Source: an uncultured delta proteobacterium (GTDB lineage Bacteria > Desulfobacterota > Syntrophia > Syntrophales > UBA2185). From it: a DNA stretch of 64,000 bases. A program made the translations under genes and the position numbers. Shown in pieces: positions 44,281-54,476 of the stretch; position 1 is the first letter of the stretch, and the number at the start of each line of letters is the position of its first letter. The notes under the pieces are model-generated. The model made no database searches. It was not told where the DNA came from and saw nothing but the letters and a program-made list of their open reading frames with translations. Location of the stretch: the NCBI GenBank assembly GCA_963695875.1, contig CAVOID010000014.1:1-64000 (forward strand). Direction: 5' to 3'.

Positions 44281-45423
44281 ATGGACTTTAAACTGACAGA
44301 GGAACAGGAACTGATTCGCCAGAACATGCGGGAATTTTGCAAGAAGTATGTGGACCCCATCGCTGTGGAAATCGACGAGAACAGCCGCCACCCCGCAGAG
44401 TTGTTTCAGAAGCTTGCCGAGGGGGACTGGATGGGCATGCCCATTCCGCAGGAATACGGCGGTGCCGGCGCAGACCAGCTGACTTTCGTCATTGCGGTGG
44501 AGGAGCTTTCCCGGTCCTGCGCGTCCACCGGGTTTACCGTATCGACTCATGCGGGCATCGTGTGCATGATGCTCCTTCTCTTCGGGACAGAAGAGCAGAA
44601 GAAGAAATTCCTGATCCCCCTGGCCAAAGGGCAAGCACCTGGGGGCCTTCGCCCTGACCGAACCCGGAGCGGGCACGGACGTGATGGCCGCTGCCGCTAC
44701 CGCCGTAATCGACGGCAACGATTACGTCATCAATGGAACCAAGACCTTCACCTCCAACGGCCCAACCGCCGGCACGTATCTCGTCTTTGCCTGGACGGAC
44801 AAAGCAGCAGGCCGGAAAGGCATGAGCGCCTTCATCGTCCCCAGGGAAGCCCCCGGTATGAGAGTCGGGAGAACATTTCAAGAAGATGGGGCTCAGGTCA
44901 TCTCAGACATCCGAGATGATCTTCAAAGACTGCCGCGTGCCCAAGGAAAATCTGCTGGGAAAAGAAGGAATGGGTCTCCAGATGGCCATGACCGGCTTTG
45001 ACCATGGCCGGATCGGGATCGCCGCCCAGTGTGTGGGCATCCTCCAGGCAGCCCTGGATGAATCCATCCGATATTCCAAGGAACGCGTCCAGTTCGGCAT
45101 CTCCCATCGCCCGCCATCAGGCCATTGCCTGGATGATCGCCGACATGGCAACGGATCTGGCCGCCGCCCGATTCCTCACCTATCATGCCGCCTGGCTCAA
45201 GGATCAGAAGCAGCCCTTCAGCAAGGAAGCCGCCATGGCCAAACTCTATGCATCGGAGGCGGCGATGAAACACACCATCAAGGCGGTCCAGATCCACGGC
45301 GGATACGGCTACTGCAAGGGCGCCAAGGTGGAGCGGCTGATGCGCGACGCCAAGATCACGGAAATCTACGAGGGCACCTCGGAAGCCCAGCGCATGGTGA
45401 TTTCCGGAAATGTGCTGCGCTAA
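44281..45423 (+). CDS. acyl-CoA dehydrogenase (second paralogue), multiple frameshifts
   Basis: RBS AAGGAGG then ATG 44281 ([14 protein letters not shown]). Homology continues through ORFs 44281-44919, 44681-45001, 44886-45491, 44998-45423 and ends ...[18 protein letters not shown]. Confidence 0.8.
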
Positions 45424-45638
45424 GGTTAACAGCATTGTTTCCTTGCCGGAGTATCACGAATGCATTGAAACTTGTCATTCGTCTGGCTTGACCAGAAAGA
45501 TCCAGTAAGTCTCCCTTTTACAAAGGGAGATTTAGAGGGATTTTACAAAGGAAATAACAAATCCCCCGGCCCCTTTAAAAAAGGGGGTGACTTAAATCTG
45601 ATTTTCACAACTTGATGATCTTGAAAGGTGAACAGTTT

Positions 45639-46407
45639 ATGCCCACTATCATCGCCTGCTTCAAATGGGTCGTCGATGAAGCCTACATCCGGCGAGCGCC
45701 ATCCGGCGATCTGGATTTCTCCTCAGTCGATTACAAGATCGGTGATTATGACCGCAATGCCATCGAAGAGGCCGTCCGTCTGAAAGACAACCCTTGGCGG
45801 CAGTGCCATCGCCATCACCGTCGGCGTTCCCGAGGCAACGAAAGGCATCAAGGATGCCCTCTCCCGGGGAACGGACCAGGCCTACTTCATCGCCGATGCA
45901 TCGTTCGGTAATCTGGAACCTTCCCAGACCGCGGCCCTCCTGGCAGAGGTCATCCGCACACGGATTCAGCCCTACGACCTGATCATCTGCGGCGAAGGTT
46001 CCAGCGACCTCTACGCCCAGCAGGTCGGCCCTCGCCTGGCAGAAAAACTGGGGATACCCTGCATCTCCTTCGTCCAGAAGATTTCTATCGACGGGGATCA
46101 ACTCATTGCGGAGCGGCGTGTTGAAGAAGGTATCGAAGTCATTGCCGCACCCCTGCCTGCCCTGGTGACGGTTCTTCCCGACATCAATGTTCCCAGGATA
46201 CCGGGAGTTAAGGACACTCTGATGGCTTCAAAAAAGCCCGTTGTTACAATCAAAAAGGATGAACTGTCACCTATTGGTGAGGCCCGTCTGCAAACCATCA
46301 GTCTCAGAGCGTCACGTATGGAACGGACCTGCGAGAGGTTCGGAACAGACGCCGCGGAGATCAACCGCTTCGTTGGGTCCCTACGGAAGAAAGGCGTCAT
46401 CGGCTAA
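45639..46407 (+). CDS. electron-transfer flavoprotein beta subunit, second copy (frameshift near 45790)
   Basis: MPTIIACFKWVVDEAYIRR...DYDRNAIEEAVRLKD, then ...DLIICGEGSSDLYAQQVGPRLAEKLGIP in a second frame. Confidence 0.8.
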
Positions 46408-46417
46408 AGGAGAACAT

Positions 46418-47366
46418 ATGGCTGGAGTCTGGATTATTTCGGAAAACCGTGAGCAAGCCCTGGAACTTTTAATATTGGCCGCGAACTTGCCGAGAAGATG
46501 GGAACGAACGTTTCCGCGCTTCTCTCGCAGGATCGTGAACGGGCGCAAGACTATATCGAAGCACGGAGCGGACGAGGTTCTGATTCTGCCCCCTCTTGCC
46601 GGTGATCAGTCCATAGATGCTTACATCCCCATTATCGTTGAAGAGGCAAAAAAAGATGATCCTGATTTGATCCTTATACCCGCCACAGCGAGAGGAAAGG
46701 ACATGGCCGCCCGCATCGCATCCCGCCTGGACACAGGCCTATGCAGCAGTTGTATGTCCATTGCCTTTGATGAGGCAAGCAAAACTTTGGTGATGGAGCG
46801 TCTGGCATACGGAGGCGCTGCCGTGCAGAAGGTGATCTGCACCACCCGGCCCGCGATGGCCACCATCCCGCCGCGGACATATGAGCCTGCCATGGCAGAG
46901 GAAGGACGGCAAGGACAGATTCGGGAGCTCCCGGCACCTCCCCCCTCAGCGGTAAAGGTCCTGGAGAGAAAGGTAAAAGAACGGGTAGCGAAAGACATTA
47001 CGGAGGCACGGGTTATTGTCTGTGTGGGAAGAGGTATGGAGAAGAAGCGAGGATCTGGCTCTTGCCCGGCAGTTGGCTGAGGCCCTGGGCGGCGAAATCG
47101 CCTGCACGCGGCCGATTGCCGAGGAGTATCACTGGCTGCCCGAAGAACTCTGCATCGGGCTTTCCGGCGTGCAGGTGAAACCTGATCTTTATTTAGGCAT
47201 CGGTGTTTCCGGACAGGTCCAGCATGTCACCGGTATCCGCAATGCCAAGGTGATCGCTGCCGTGAACAAAGATGAGAATGCCCCCATTTTCAAAGCCGCC
47301 GACTTCGGCATCGTCGGCGATCTCTATGACGTGCTGCCAAAACTTATTACCGAGTTAAAAAAGTGA
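46418..47366 (+). CDS. electron-transfer flavoprotein alpha subunit, second copy (frameshifts)
   Basis: MAGVWIISENREQALELL... C-terminal FAD motif PDLYLGIGVSGQVQHVTGIRNAKVIAAVNKDENAPIF. Confidence 0.8.
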
Positions 47367-47379
47367 AGATGGTCTTTTC

Positions 47380-47409
47380 TGTCATTGCGAACGATTGAAG
47401 AGATTGCAA
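47380..47409. repeat. REP-like element (tgtcattgcga ... gagattgcaat)
   Basis: Shares termini with the 38336, 58443 and 63013 elements. Confidence 0.4.
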
Positions 47410-47434
47410 TCCGACGAACTCGCAGATAGAAGGA

Positions 47435-48121
47435 TTGAATCATTTGACTGGCCGCAAACCATTTGTCGTCGTTGGCGTTGACCTGGCCGGGTCTGTGCAC
47501 CGTCCGTCTGGCATATGCATACTCCGTGGCCTGAAGGCCGAGACGCACATTGCCTTCAGCGACGAAGAAATTCTTCAGTGGGTCTCCCAGGCCCAGCCCG
47601 ACCTCGTTCCCATCGATGCACCGCTCAGCCTCCCCAAGGGGCGGATGACGATCCATGACCGCTCGGGTGGACATTTCCGCGATTGCGACTATGAGCTGAA
47701 GCGGCGCGGCATCCGTTTCTTCCCCATCACCCTCGGTCCGATGCGGATGTTGACCGAGCGCGGCATTGCGCTCAAAGCGAAGATAGAAGTGATGGGGTAC
47801 CGCGTGGTGGAGTGCTACCCCGGGGCGGCGCAGCATCTGTGGGGAATTCCCCGCCAGCACCGGGATCGCGCAGGCCTTCTGGCCGGACTCAGAGAACTGG
47901 GAGTGAAAGGATTGCCGGAGGCTCTGACCGGCGACGAACTGGACGCGGTGACTGCGGCCCTGGTCGGCCGGTGGTTTCTCCAAGGGAAGGGGGAACTGAT
48001 CGGCGGCGATGATGGGATCGTTATCCCTTCCGTACACCGACGAGGAGAGAGGAGCTCAACCCTGACAGACACAGCCCATGATCCGGCGGTACAGAAGAAA
48101 CTCCGGACAGTGTTGCCATGA
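47435..48121 (+). CDS. DUF429-family protein (predicted RNase-H-like fold), GC-rich (~62%) compared with its surroundings
   Basis: VVGVDLAGS...PDLVPIDAPLSLP pattern, typical of the DUF429 N-terminus. GC content is visibly higher than flanking genes. Confidence 0.55.
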   Translation: MNHLTGRKPFVVVGVDLAGSVHRPSGICILRGLKAETHIAFSDEEILQWVSQAQPDLVPIDAPLSLPKGRMTIHDRSGGHFRDCDYELKRRGIRFFPITLGPMRMLTERGIALKAKIEVMGYRVVECYPGAAQHLWGIPRQHRDRAGLLAGLRELGVKGLPEALTGDELDAVTAALVGRWFLQGKGELIGGDDGIVIPSVHRRGERSSTLTDTAHDPAVQKKLRTVLP

Positions 48122-48704
48122 CGGGCGCCGCTCCCGAAGGAGCTGCAAACCGGGCAGGTCTCCCCGGATAAGAACGTGAACTGTCGCTACACAACCGCAG
48201 CATTTACCCTATCTCCCGAATCCAGGGCTTTGTCATGTTGTGCTGACTTGCCCGGAGACTGGGCCTTGTATGCTGTTTCTGTTCGTCGGCTCATAGCTTT
48301 GCGCTCCGGCTTCCTTCGGACGGTCCCTCGCGGTTCCGCCCTTGCCTTCGGCTAGTACTTGTGTCAATGTATCATGACATTGACAGGATTCACGTACAGG
48401 GGACTTTCACCCCATAAGTTCACGCCCATGCCGGGCGTACACATAATCACTTCAGCGGATGGCCAATAGCCGCCGCTGATTTTTTCGCCAGACCAGATAG
48501 CCACGAGGAATTACCATGCATACACAGACTTACCTGAAGACATTTTGGTACCTTGAACAGCGACCCCAAGTATTTGTAGCCATGAGTTTTGCACCTCAGT
48601 ACAGCAATCCTTTCAATCAAGTTATGTCCTTCGGCTAATCAATCGCCAGTCTGCACTCCAATTAGCAGTGGGCTATCAAAAATAAGAAAAAGGTGGGAGG
48701 AAGA

Positions 48705-49874
48705 ATGAAGAATTTGAGATCTTATTTACTGATTGCAAGTATCGTAATGGTTTTGCTCTTTTCCAGTTATGCCTCTGCATCTTGGCAGATCCAGTATTAT
48801 GGGGAAGCGGCACGGACGTTTGGTTCCGCTCCCCGGGGGAACTTCTCCACTCGTTCTGCATGCGAAGCTTACTGGAGATCCTCGCCCAAGTTTGAGAGAA
48901 ATAATTCCCGTTGCGTGGGCTCTGATACACCTTCTGTTCCTTCCGGCAGTCTGGGTCCATCACAACAGATGGCTATTGGAATTGTCGGCAGCCTTTTCAG
49001 TAGCATATTTAGCGGAATGCTTGATGATTCGACTCCATCTCCATCTACAGATAATACTTATCGGGAACAATTGAAAATACAGCAGGAAGAACAACGGAAG
49101 AAGGAGATGCAAGCAGCTATTGATGCATGGAGGAATGCACAGGAGAAGGCGGCACAAGATGCTTTGAAGGAGCAGCAGAAAAAAAGAGAGCAAGGGGCAT
49201 TGCTTATTGGTAAAATGGATGGCGGTATTACCGGTGGTGGAGGAAAGCTTGAACCTATGTGGATAGCCCAGAAGCCAGAGCTCAAACCCATACAGCTTGG
49301 AGGGTATGACACTTCCAAACTCAAACCCATGGAAAGACTTCTTTGCACATCATATTTTTCAACCCGTGCCCTTGAGGAGACAAGAAAAGGAAACCGCGAA
49401 GGTGCAAGGTTCTTTAGTGAACAGTCTGACAAGGTGATGACTGGAGCAAAGGCTGATGTTGAATGCAAATTTCCTAAAATTCCGGATGTTCCAATGCCAA
49501 AAGCACAGGCAACTCAACAGATGGATTCAAAAAAATTTACAGCCCTTATGAAAGATTTTAATGTAAAGCTCAAAGAACTTCAAAACATTGAAACCGAGCT
49601 TAATAAAGTGAGACAGGAAAAGCAAACGGCAGAGGAAAATCTGAAAAAGATAGATGAAAAGATAACAGAGATAAGTAATCAGGTGCAATCCGCACAAAAA
49701 CCTGAAGAGAAGGCTCAGGCAGATGATCTTCTTCAGCAAGCACTTGCTGCAAGGTCAGATGCAGAAAATCAGGTAAACTCTGCAAAACAGAGTGAGCAGG
49801 AACTTTTGAATAAGACAAAGGATATGGCAAGGGATATAGATTCACAACTAAAATCCATTCAAAAGGGAGAGTAG
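48705..49874 (+). CDS. secreted coiled-coil protein, hypothetical
   Basis: RBS GGTGGGAGG then ATG 48705. Signal peptide, Gln/Lys/Glu-rich coiled coils. AT-rich gene (~42% GC). Confidence 0.6.
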   Translation: MKNLRSYLLIASIVMVLLFSSYASASWQIQYYGEAARTFGSAPRGNFSTRSACEAYWRSSPKFERNNSRCVGSDTPSVPSGSLGPSQQMAIGIVGSLFSSIFSGMLDDSTPSPSTDNTYREQLKIQQEEQRKKEMQAAIDAWRNAQEKAAQDALKEQQKKREQGALLIGKMDGGITGGGGKLEPMWIAQKPELKPIQLGGYDTSKLKPMERLLCTSYFSTRALEETRKGNREGARFFSEQSDKVMTGAKADVECKFPKIPDVPMPKAQATQQMDSKKFTALMKDFNVKLKELQNIETELNKVRQEKQTAEENLKKIDEKITEISNQVQSAQKPEEKAQADDLLQQALAARSDAENQVNSAKQSEQELLNKTKDMARDIDSQLKSIQKGE

Positions 49875-49900
49875 GTTAAAAATAGAACAGGAGATGAAGT

Positions 49901-51943
49901 ATGAAAAACCTTATTGCATTATTTTCAATACTTGCGATCTTAATTGTGCCGGCTGGCTGTGCAAGTGTAACATTACCGCCTTTAATGGATGCAGCCGATA
50001 GAGGGGATATTAATGCTGTAAAAGCTTTGCTGGATAAGGGAGCGGATGTGAATGAGTGGTATTATGGTACAGCCTTGATGCAGGCATCGAGTAAAAAGAA
50101 TGCCGACATGGTGAAACTTCTGATAGACAGGGGTGCCGATGTAAATGCGATGACTCAGGGAGGATCGTCCGCCTTGGGGATTGCGGCAGAATTCGGTCAC
50201 GCCGATATAGTGGAAATTCTAATTAATAAAGGTGCTAATGTAGATAAAGCTATAATGGGTTTGAAGAAAAGAGCTATCTCCGTTGCCAACTACCCCGATA
50301 TAGTTGCTAAAGTTAACCGCGGCATTGATCTAATTAATGAAATACAAAAAAACCTTCCGAATAAGGCTGGTTGGGCGTATTATTCTAATGGACAATATCA
50401 GGAGGCGATAAATTCATTCAAGCAGGCTATTAGCTTAGACCCATCTATCAGTTTTAATTTTAGAGGCCTTTCAGCATCTTATAATGCGTTAAAGCAGTAT
50501 GATGAGGCTATAACCGCAGCAAAGAGGGCGATAGAGCTTAAGCCTGATAATGCTAATGCTTACAGCGATCTCGGCATAGCGTATTCACATAAAAAACAGT
50601 TTGACGAGGCATTAAATGCTCACCAAAAAGCTATTGAGATAGAACCAAAAAATGCAACTCTTTACACCAATATTGGCAATTTATTCCTTCAGAGGGAAGA
50701 TTATAGCAGGGCGGCAGACAATTATAAAAAGGCAGCAGTACTGACTCCGAATGACACAAGACCCCTGTTTGCCCTTGCAAACACATACAGACAGATGGGC
50801 AGATACGATGATGCATTTGAGCCAGCAAATAAGGCAATTGCATTGATGACTATAACCGGAGTGGGCTTGGGAATCGCAATTGAGGGGGATTACCCCGTTG
50901 TGCGAAGACAAATAGTCGGTGAATCGGGACTAATAGAAGGACCCGCTAAAAGAGCAGGCATACAGGCAGGAGATAAAATCATCAAGATTGACGGCATACC
51001 AACAAAAAGGTGGGATATAAATAAGGTTATCCAAAATGTAAAAGGCTCAGAAGGAACACAGGTTGTCCTTACAATCGAAAGAAAGAACTTTGATAAGCCT
51101 ATAGAAAAGACACTTACAAGGGAAACGATTATCTTTAAAGACGCAGCTCCGCTTTTCGGTCTAAGAAGCCTTGCCAACAGAGAAAAAGGCAGGTTAGAAG
51201 AATCTTACAAAGATGCTGAAAAGGCATACTCCCTTGATCCGAATGACAGGTGGGCAAAGAGTGCTATGAGTATCGCGTTTATTGATAAAGGTAAATATAA
51301 CGATGCCCTAAATATCTTATCAACCATAAAAGATAGCCCCTTTGACCGCATATTTGAATCAATAGCCTACTCAAAACTTGGAGATATGAAAAAGGCGGTT
51401 GAGATGTATAGCTCAATTCAAGAAGATTATTTAGCTACCCAAAGTGCCGTGCGTCAAAGCTACAAAAAAACCCTTTTAGAATCTCTAAAGCCTTATGTCA
51501 ATGCCAGGAAAGACTCTGCGAAACTCCTTGAAAAAAAGAGTCAATACAGAGAAGCACTCAAAGAATATGCAGAGGCTCTAAAGGTTGCCGATGACAGAGA
51601 TGCGAAAGAGGTAAGAAATCGTGTTGCAGTGTTGATTAGAAACAATCCTTATCTTGCGGAACTCCCTGAAGAGGCAAGAAAGTATGCTTTAAGAGCAGAG
51701 GTCTTGCTTAAAGATGGAAATTTTAAAGAATCGCTGAATGAATTCAATTCTGCTATAAAGATAGCGCCATTTGCTCCTCAACTCTATTTCAACACAGCCC
51801 TTGTATATGGAGAACTGAAAAACTACAAATCAGCCAAAAGATATATGAACATCTATATTGACCTTTATCCCGCTGCACCAAACATCCGCCAGGTGAAGGA
51901 CGAGATTTACAAATGGGAATTTATGATGGAGAAAGGTAAATGA
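49901..51943 (+). CDS. lipoprotein with ankyrin repeats + TPR repeats + central PDZ domain
   Basis: Lipobox VPAGC; ankyrin repeats (DINAVKALLDKGADVN; ADMVKLLIDRGADVNA; HADIVEILINKGANVD); TPR blocks; PDZ (GLGIAIEGDYPVVRRQIVGESGLIEGPAKRAGIQAGDKIIKIDG). Confidence 0.7.
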   Translation: MKNLIALFSILAILIVPAGCASVTLPPLMDAADRGDINAVKALLDKGADVNEWYYGTALMQASSKKNADMVKLLIDRGADVNAMTQGGSSALGIAAEFGHADIVEILINKGANVDKAIMGLKKRAISVANYPDIVAKVNRGIDLINEIQKNLPNKAGWAYYSNGQYQEAINSFKQAISLDPSISFNFRGLSASYNALKQYDEAITAAKRAIELKPDNANAYSDLGIAYSHKKQFDEALNAHQKAIEIEPKNATLYTNIGNLFLQREDYSRAADNYKKAAVLTPNDTRPLFALANTYRQMGRYDDAFEPANKAIALMTITGVGLGIAIEGDYPVVRRQIVGESGLIEGPAKRAGIQAGDKIIKIDGIPTKRWDINKVIQNVKGSEGTQVVLTIERKNFDKPIEKTLTRETIIFKDAAPLFGLRSLANREKGRLEESYKDAEKAYSLDPNDRWAKSAMSIAFIDKGKYNDALNILSTIKDSPFDRIFESIAYSKLGDMKKAVEMYSSIQEDYLATQSAVRQSYKKTLLESLKPYVNARKDSAKLLEKKSQYREALKEYAEALKVADDRDAKEVRNRVAVLIRNNPYLAELPEEARKYALRAEVLLKDGNFKESLNEFNSAIKIAPFAPQLYFNTALVYGELKNYKSAKRYMNIYIDLYPAAPNIRQVKDEIYKWEFMMEKGK

Positions 51944-52731
51944 TAGGCAAGGGAAAAACAGGTATGTATATTCTACCAGTTCTCCTTTTGGTAATCTTTT
52001 GTGGTATCACTTACGCACAGGATTCCGATGTACAGAAGAATAACTGGCTGCTTGGCGTGATATTTAAGCTGGAAAGGATGAAGGACAATTCAGTGGCAGA
52101 TATTCAGAAATGCGAGCGTGAGATTCAGAAATCTGAAAGCACTATCAGAAAATCTGAAGATATTATAAGACAGGCACAACAAAAAGGTAATGCGCAGGCT
52201 GAAATGATTGCGCGTCAGGCGTTAACAACAGCACAAGAGGCAAAGAGAAAAAATGAGATACTGAAACAGGAGGCCGAAAAGAGAAAAAGTAAAGCAGAAC
52301 TGGCTAAAGCAAGCGTGAGCGATACGCTTGCAAAACAACTAAACCTGCCAGAGGAAACAAAAGAATCCTCAGCTAAAGACAATACAGGACTGACTTTGCC
52401 GCCTTATTTTGACGAGGGAGCGCCGCCGGTTGATTGCAATAAAGCATTAAAACAACTCGATAATCCGAACTGCAAATGTTTGGCTGCTAATAGGGCGCCT
52501 GTATGCCCTGGAAAAGGCATGAAATTGCCGCACGAAGAAGAAATAACTTATGTTTTTTACTGGAATATTGCATTTACTACAGAAGGCAGACATTACTTAA
52601 ATGATGGCGTTTATTTTGGAAAGCATGACTCCTACGATAAAGCATTTAAGGCTTGTCAGGAAGATGCTAAGAATAGAAGTCATGTGGATTTTGTAGATCA
52701 TGTTCAGAAAATTAATTGCATACCGCAATAA
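51940..52731 (+). CDS. secreted hypothetical protein with coiled coil and Cys-rich C-terminal domain
   Basis: ATGA overlap with the upstream gene; signal peptide; 8 Cys in the C-terminal 110 aa. Confidence 0.55.
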   Translation: MIGKGKTGMYILPVLLLVIFCGITYAQDSDVQKNNWLLGVIFKLERMKDNSVADIQKCEREIQKSESTIRKSEDIIRQAQQKGNAQAEMIARQALTTAQEAKRKNEILKQEAEKRKSKAELAKASVSDTLAKQLNLPEETKESSAKDNTGLTLPPYFDEGAPPVDCNKALKQLDNPNCKCLAANRAPVCPGKGMKLPHEEEITYVFYWNIAFTTEGRHYLNDGVYFGKHDSYDKAFKACQEDAKNRSHVDFVDHVQKINCIPQ

Positions 52732-52762
52732 ATAAAGAAAAGTGGTGGGAGAGATGAAAGTA

Positions 52763-54341
52763 CTATAGAAAACAGTACGGATCTTTCTCTCTGAAAATAT
52801 CGAGGCCGTGACTGTAAGCATTCGCAAGACAGCCCCCGCACACGTAACGAAGAGGGCATGACCGGCATTCGGCACATCCAGCGCGATAGCGACGCGCGAT
52901 TTCTGAGTCGTATATCTCCCCGATTCTCTGGTCGAATACGTTTCCTATGGGAGAAGGAAACTTCCTGCAGGCATGAACCTCGCCGTCGGCTAGAATGGCG
53001 ACGAAATTGAATGCGGCCCCGCAACCGAAGCCGGTACAGCCGCCAAAGGGTTCCAGACCTTTCCGATACTTGAGGATGTTGATGAGGTTATCCTTCAAGC
53101 CTAAAACAGGGTTTTTACCATAGGCCTCAAGGTACGCTTTCAAGGAAAGACATATATTCCTGCTTTGTCGGAAGTTCAAGGCTCGCCCCTTCACCCACCT
53201 TCGAAAGACGATTGAAATAAAAAACATCCGTCTTCCCGCGCAGCAATTCACCAAGGGGGATAACCTGGTGGATGTTGTCTTTCGTCACGGTGAGCATCAC
53301 CATCGTATAGACTCCCAGTTCACGGAGTATTTCGAGAAAACGCATGGATCTTTCGAAGTGACCTTCTCCCCGGATGAAATCATTGTATTCAGGCAAACCC
53401 TCCAGACTCAACTGAAAAAAATCGGGCTGCTGGATGGAACACAGTGCCTCAACCTGTTCACGGGTTGAGGGATTTCCCAGGACGGACAGGGTAAAACCAC
53501 GGTCAGCGGCAGCCTTGTATATGGATAGAAATTCCGGATGAAGAAGGGGATTACCGCCGGTGAATGATACCCGCCCCTTCACGTGGCGCTCCCGGCAAAA
53601 GATATCGAGGTCATCGATGATTGTGAGTGCCTGCTCAAGTGTCAGCGCGGATCGATCACTCCGGTCATAGCAGTGTTTGCAATGAAGGTCGCAGGCCTGC
53701 GTGATATGCCACTGAAGGACGAATACCGATGACGTAAGAAAGTGTTTGCTCGTGTCAGGTGATGCTTCGTCAAGATCGCGCCGGATACGTGATAGCGGTG
53801 CAATGATGATTCCTCTGTCCACGGCACGATCCATGGCCGCATCAACCGCGAAGATCGGCAGCGTGCCTATTCGCGCCACCTCCCGCCTGTCGATGCCCTC
53901 AAATATCATCTTGAGAATGAGGAGATCCTCCAGTGAGGCAGCCTTCATATGAAGGCCGCCGTCTTCCGGATATTTCCATATCAGGACATATTCGTTTCCC
54001 GGTTCCGGAGCCTGTGGAGATAGAGATGTCACATTATCCACAAGGTTTTTCCATTGAAGCTCAAGTAAAATGAGTGTGGGATTGATGGCCATCTCCTCCG
54101 GATCACCGGGTATGGATACACTATTTTCTTTTACCCGGAAGATATTCCATTCAAGGCGGGCAAGTTCAGCAAGAAATTCAGGAAGGCGGGCATGAGGACC
54201 AAAATAGCTGATGATTTCAGGAAAGTTATCCGGTTTGTTATTCAGGTCATGGCTGGAAATGATCTGCTGCCATATGTCGGGATCAAGAAGGGAGCGACAT
54301 CGGGGATAAATGGCTGCAATGTCACTCTTTGAAGGGTTCAT
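52763..54341 (-). CDS. radical SAM / SPASM-domain enzyme with ~190-aa N-terminal extension (RiPP-maturase-like); split by one frameshift near 53200
   Basis: ORF 53127-54341 has CDLHCKHCY (CxxxCxxC) after a 190-aa N-domain. ORF 52763-53254 supplies the SPASM Cys-rich C-terminus (GCGAAFNFVAILADGEVHACR...AGCAECRSCPLRYVCGGC). Confidence 0.85.
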
Positions 54342-54476
54342 CGATGCTTTTTTGAAACAGGCAAAGGATGGCGCATCTCCTATCGCACTCGTTTTTCACT
54401 TTATCTTCCTGCATGGTTTTCAGGGGAATGAACGCCTCAGTCCCTAAAAGCAATACAGGGGGGAAATTGTTTTTGA

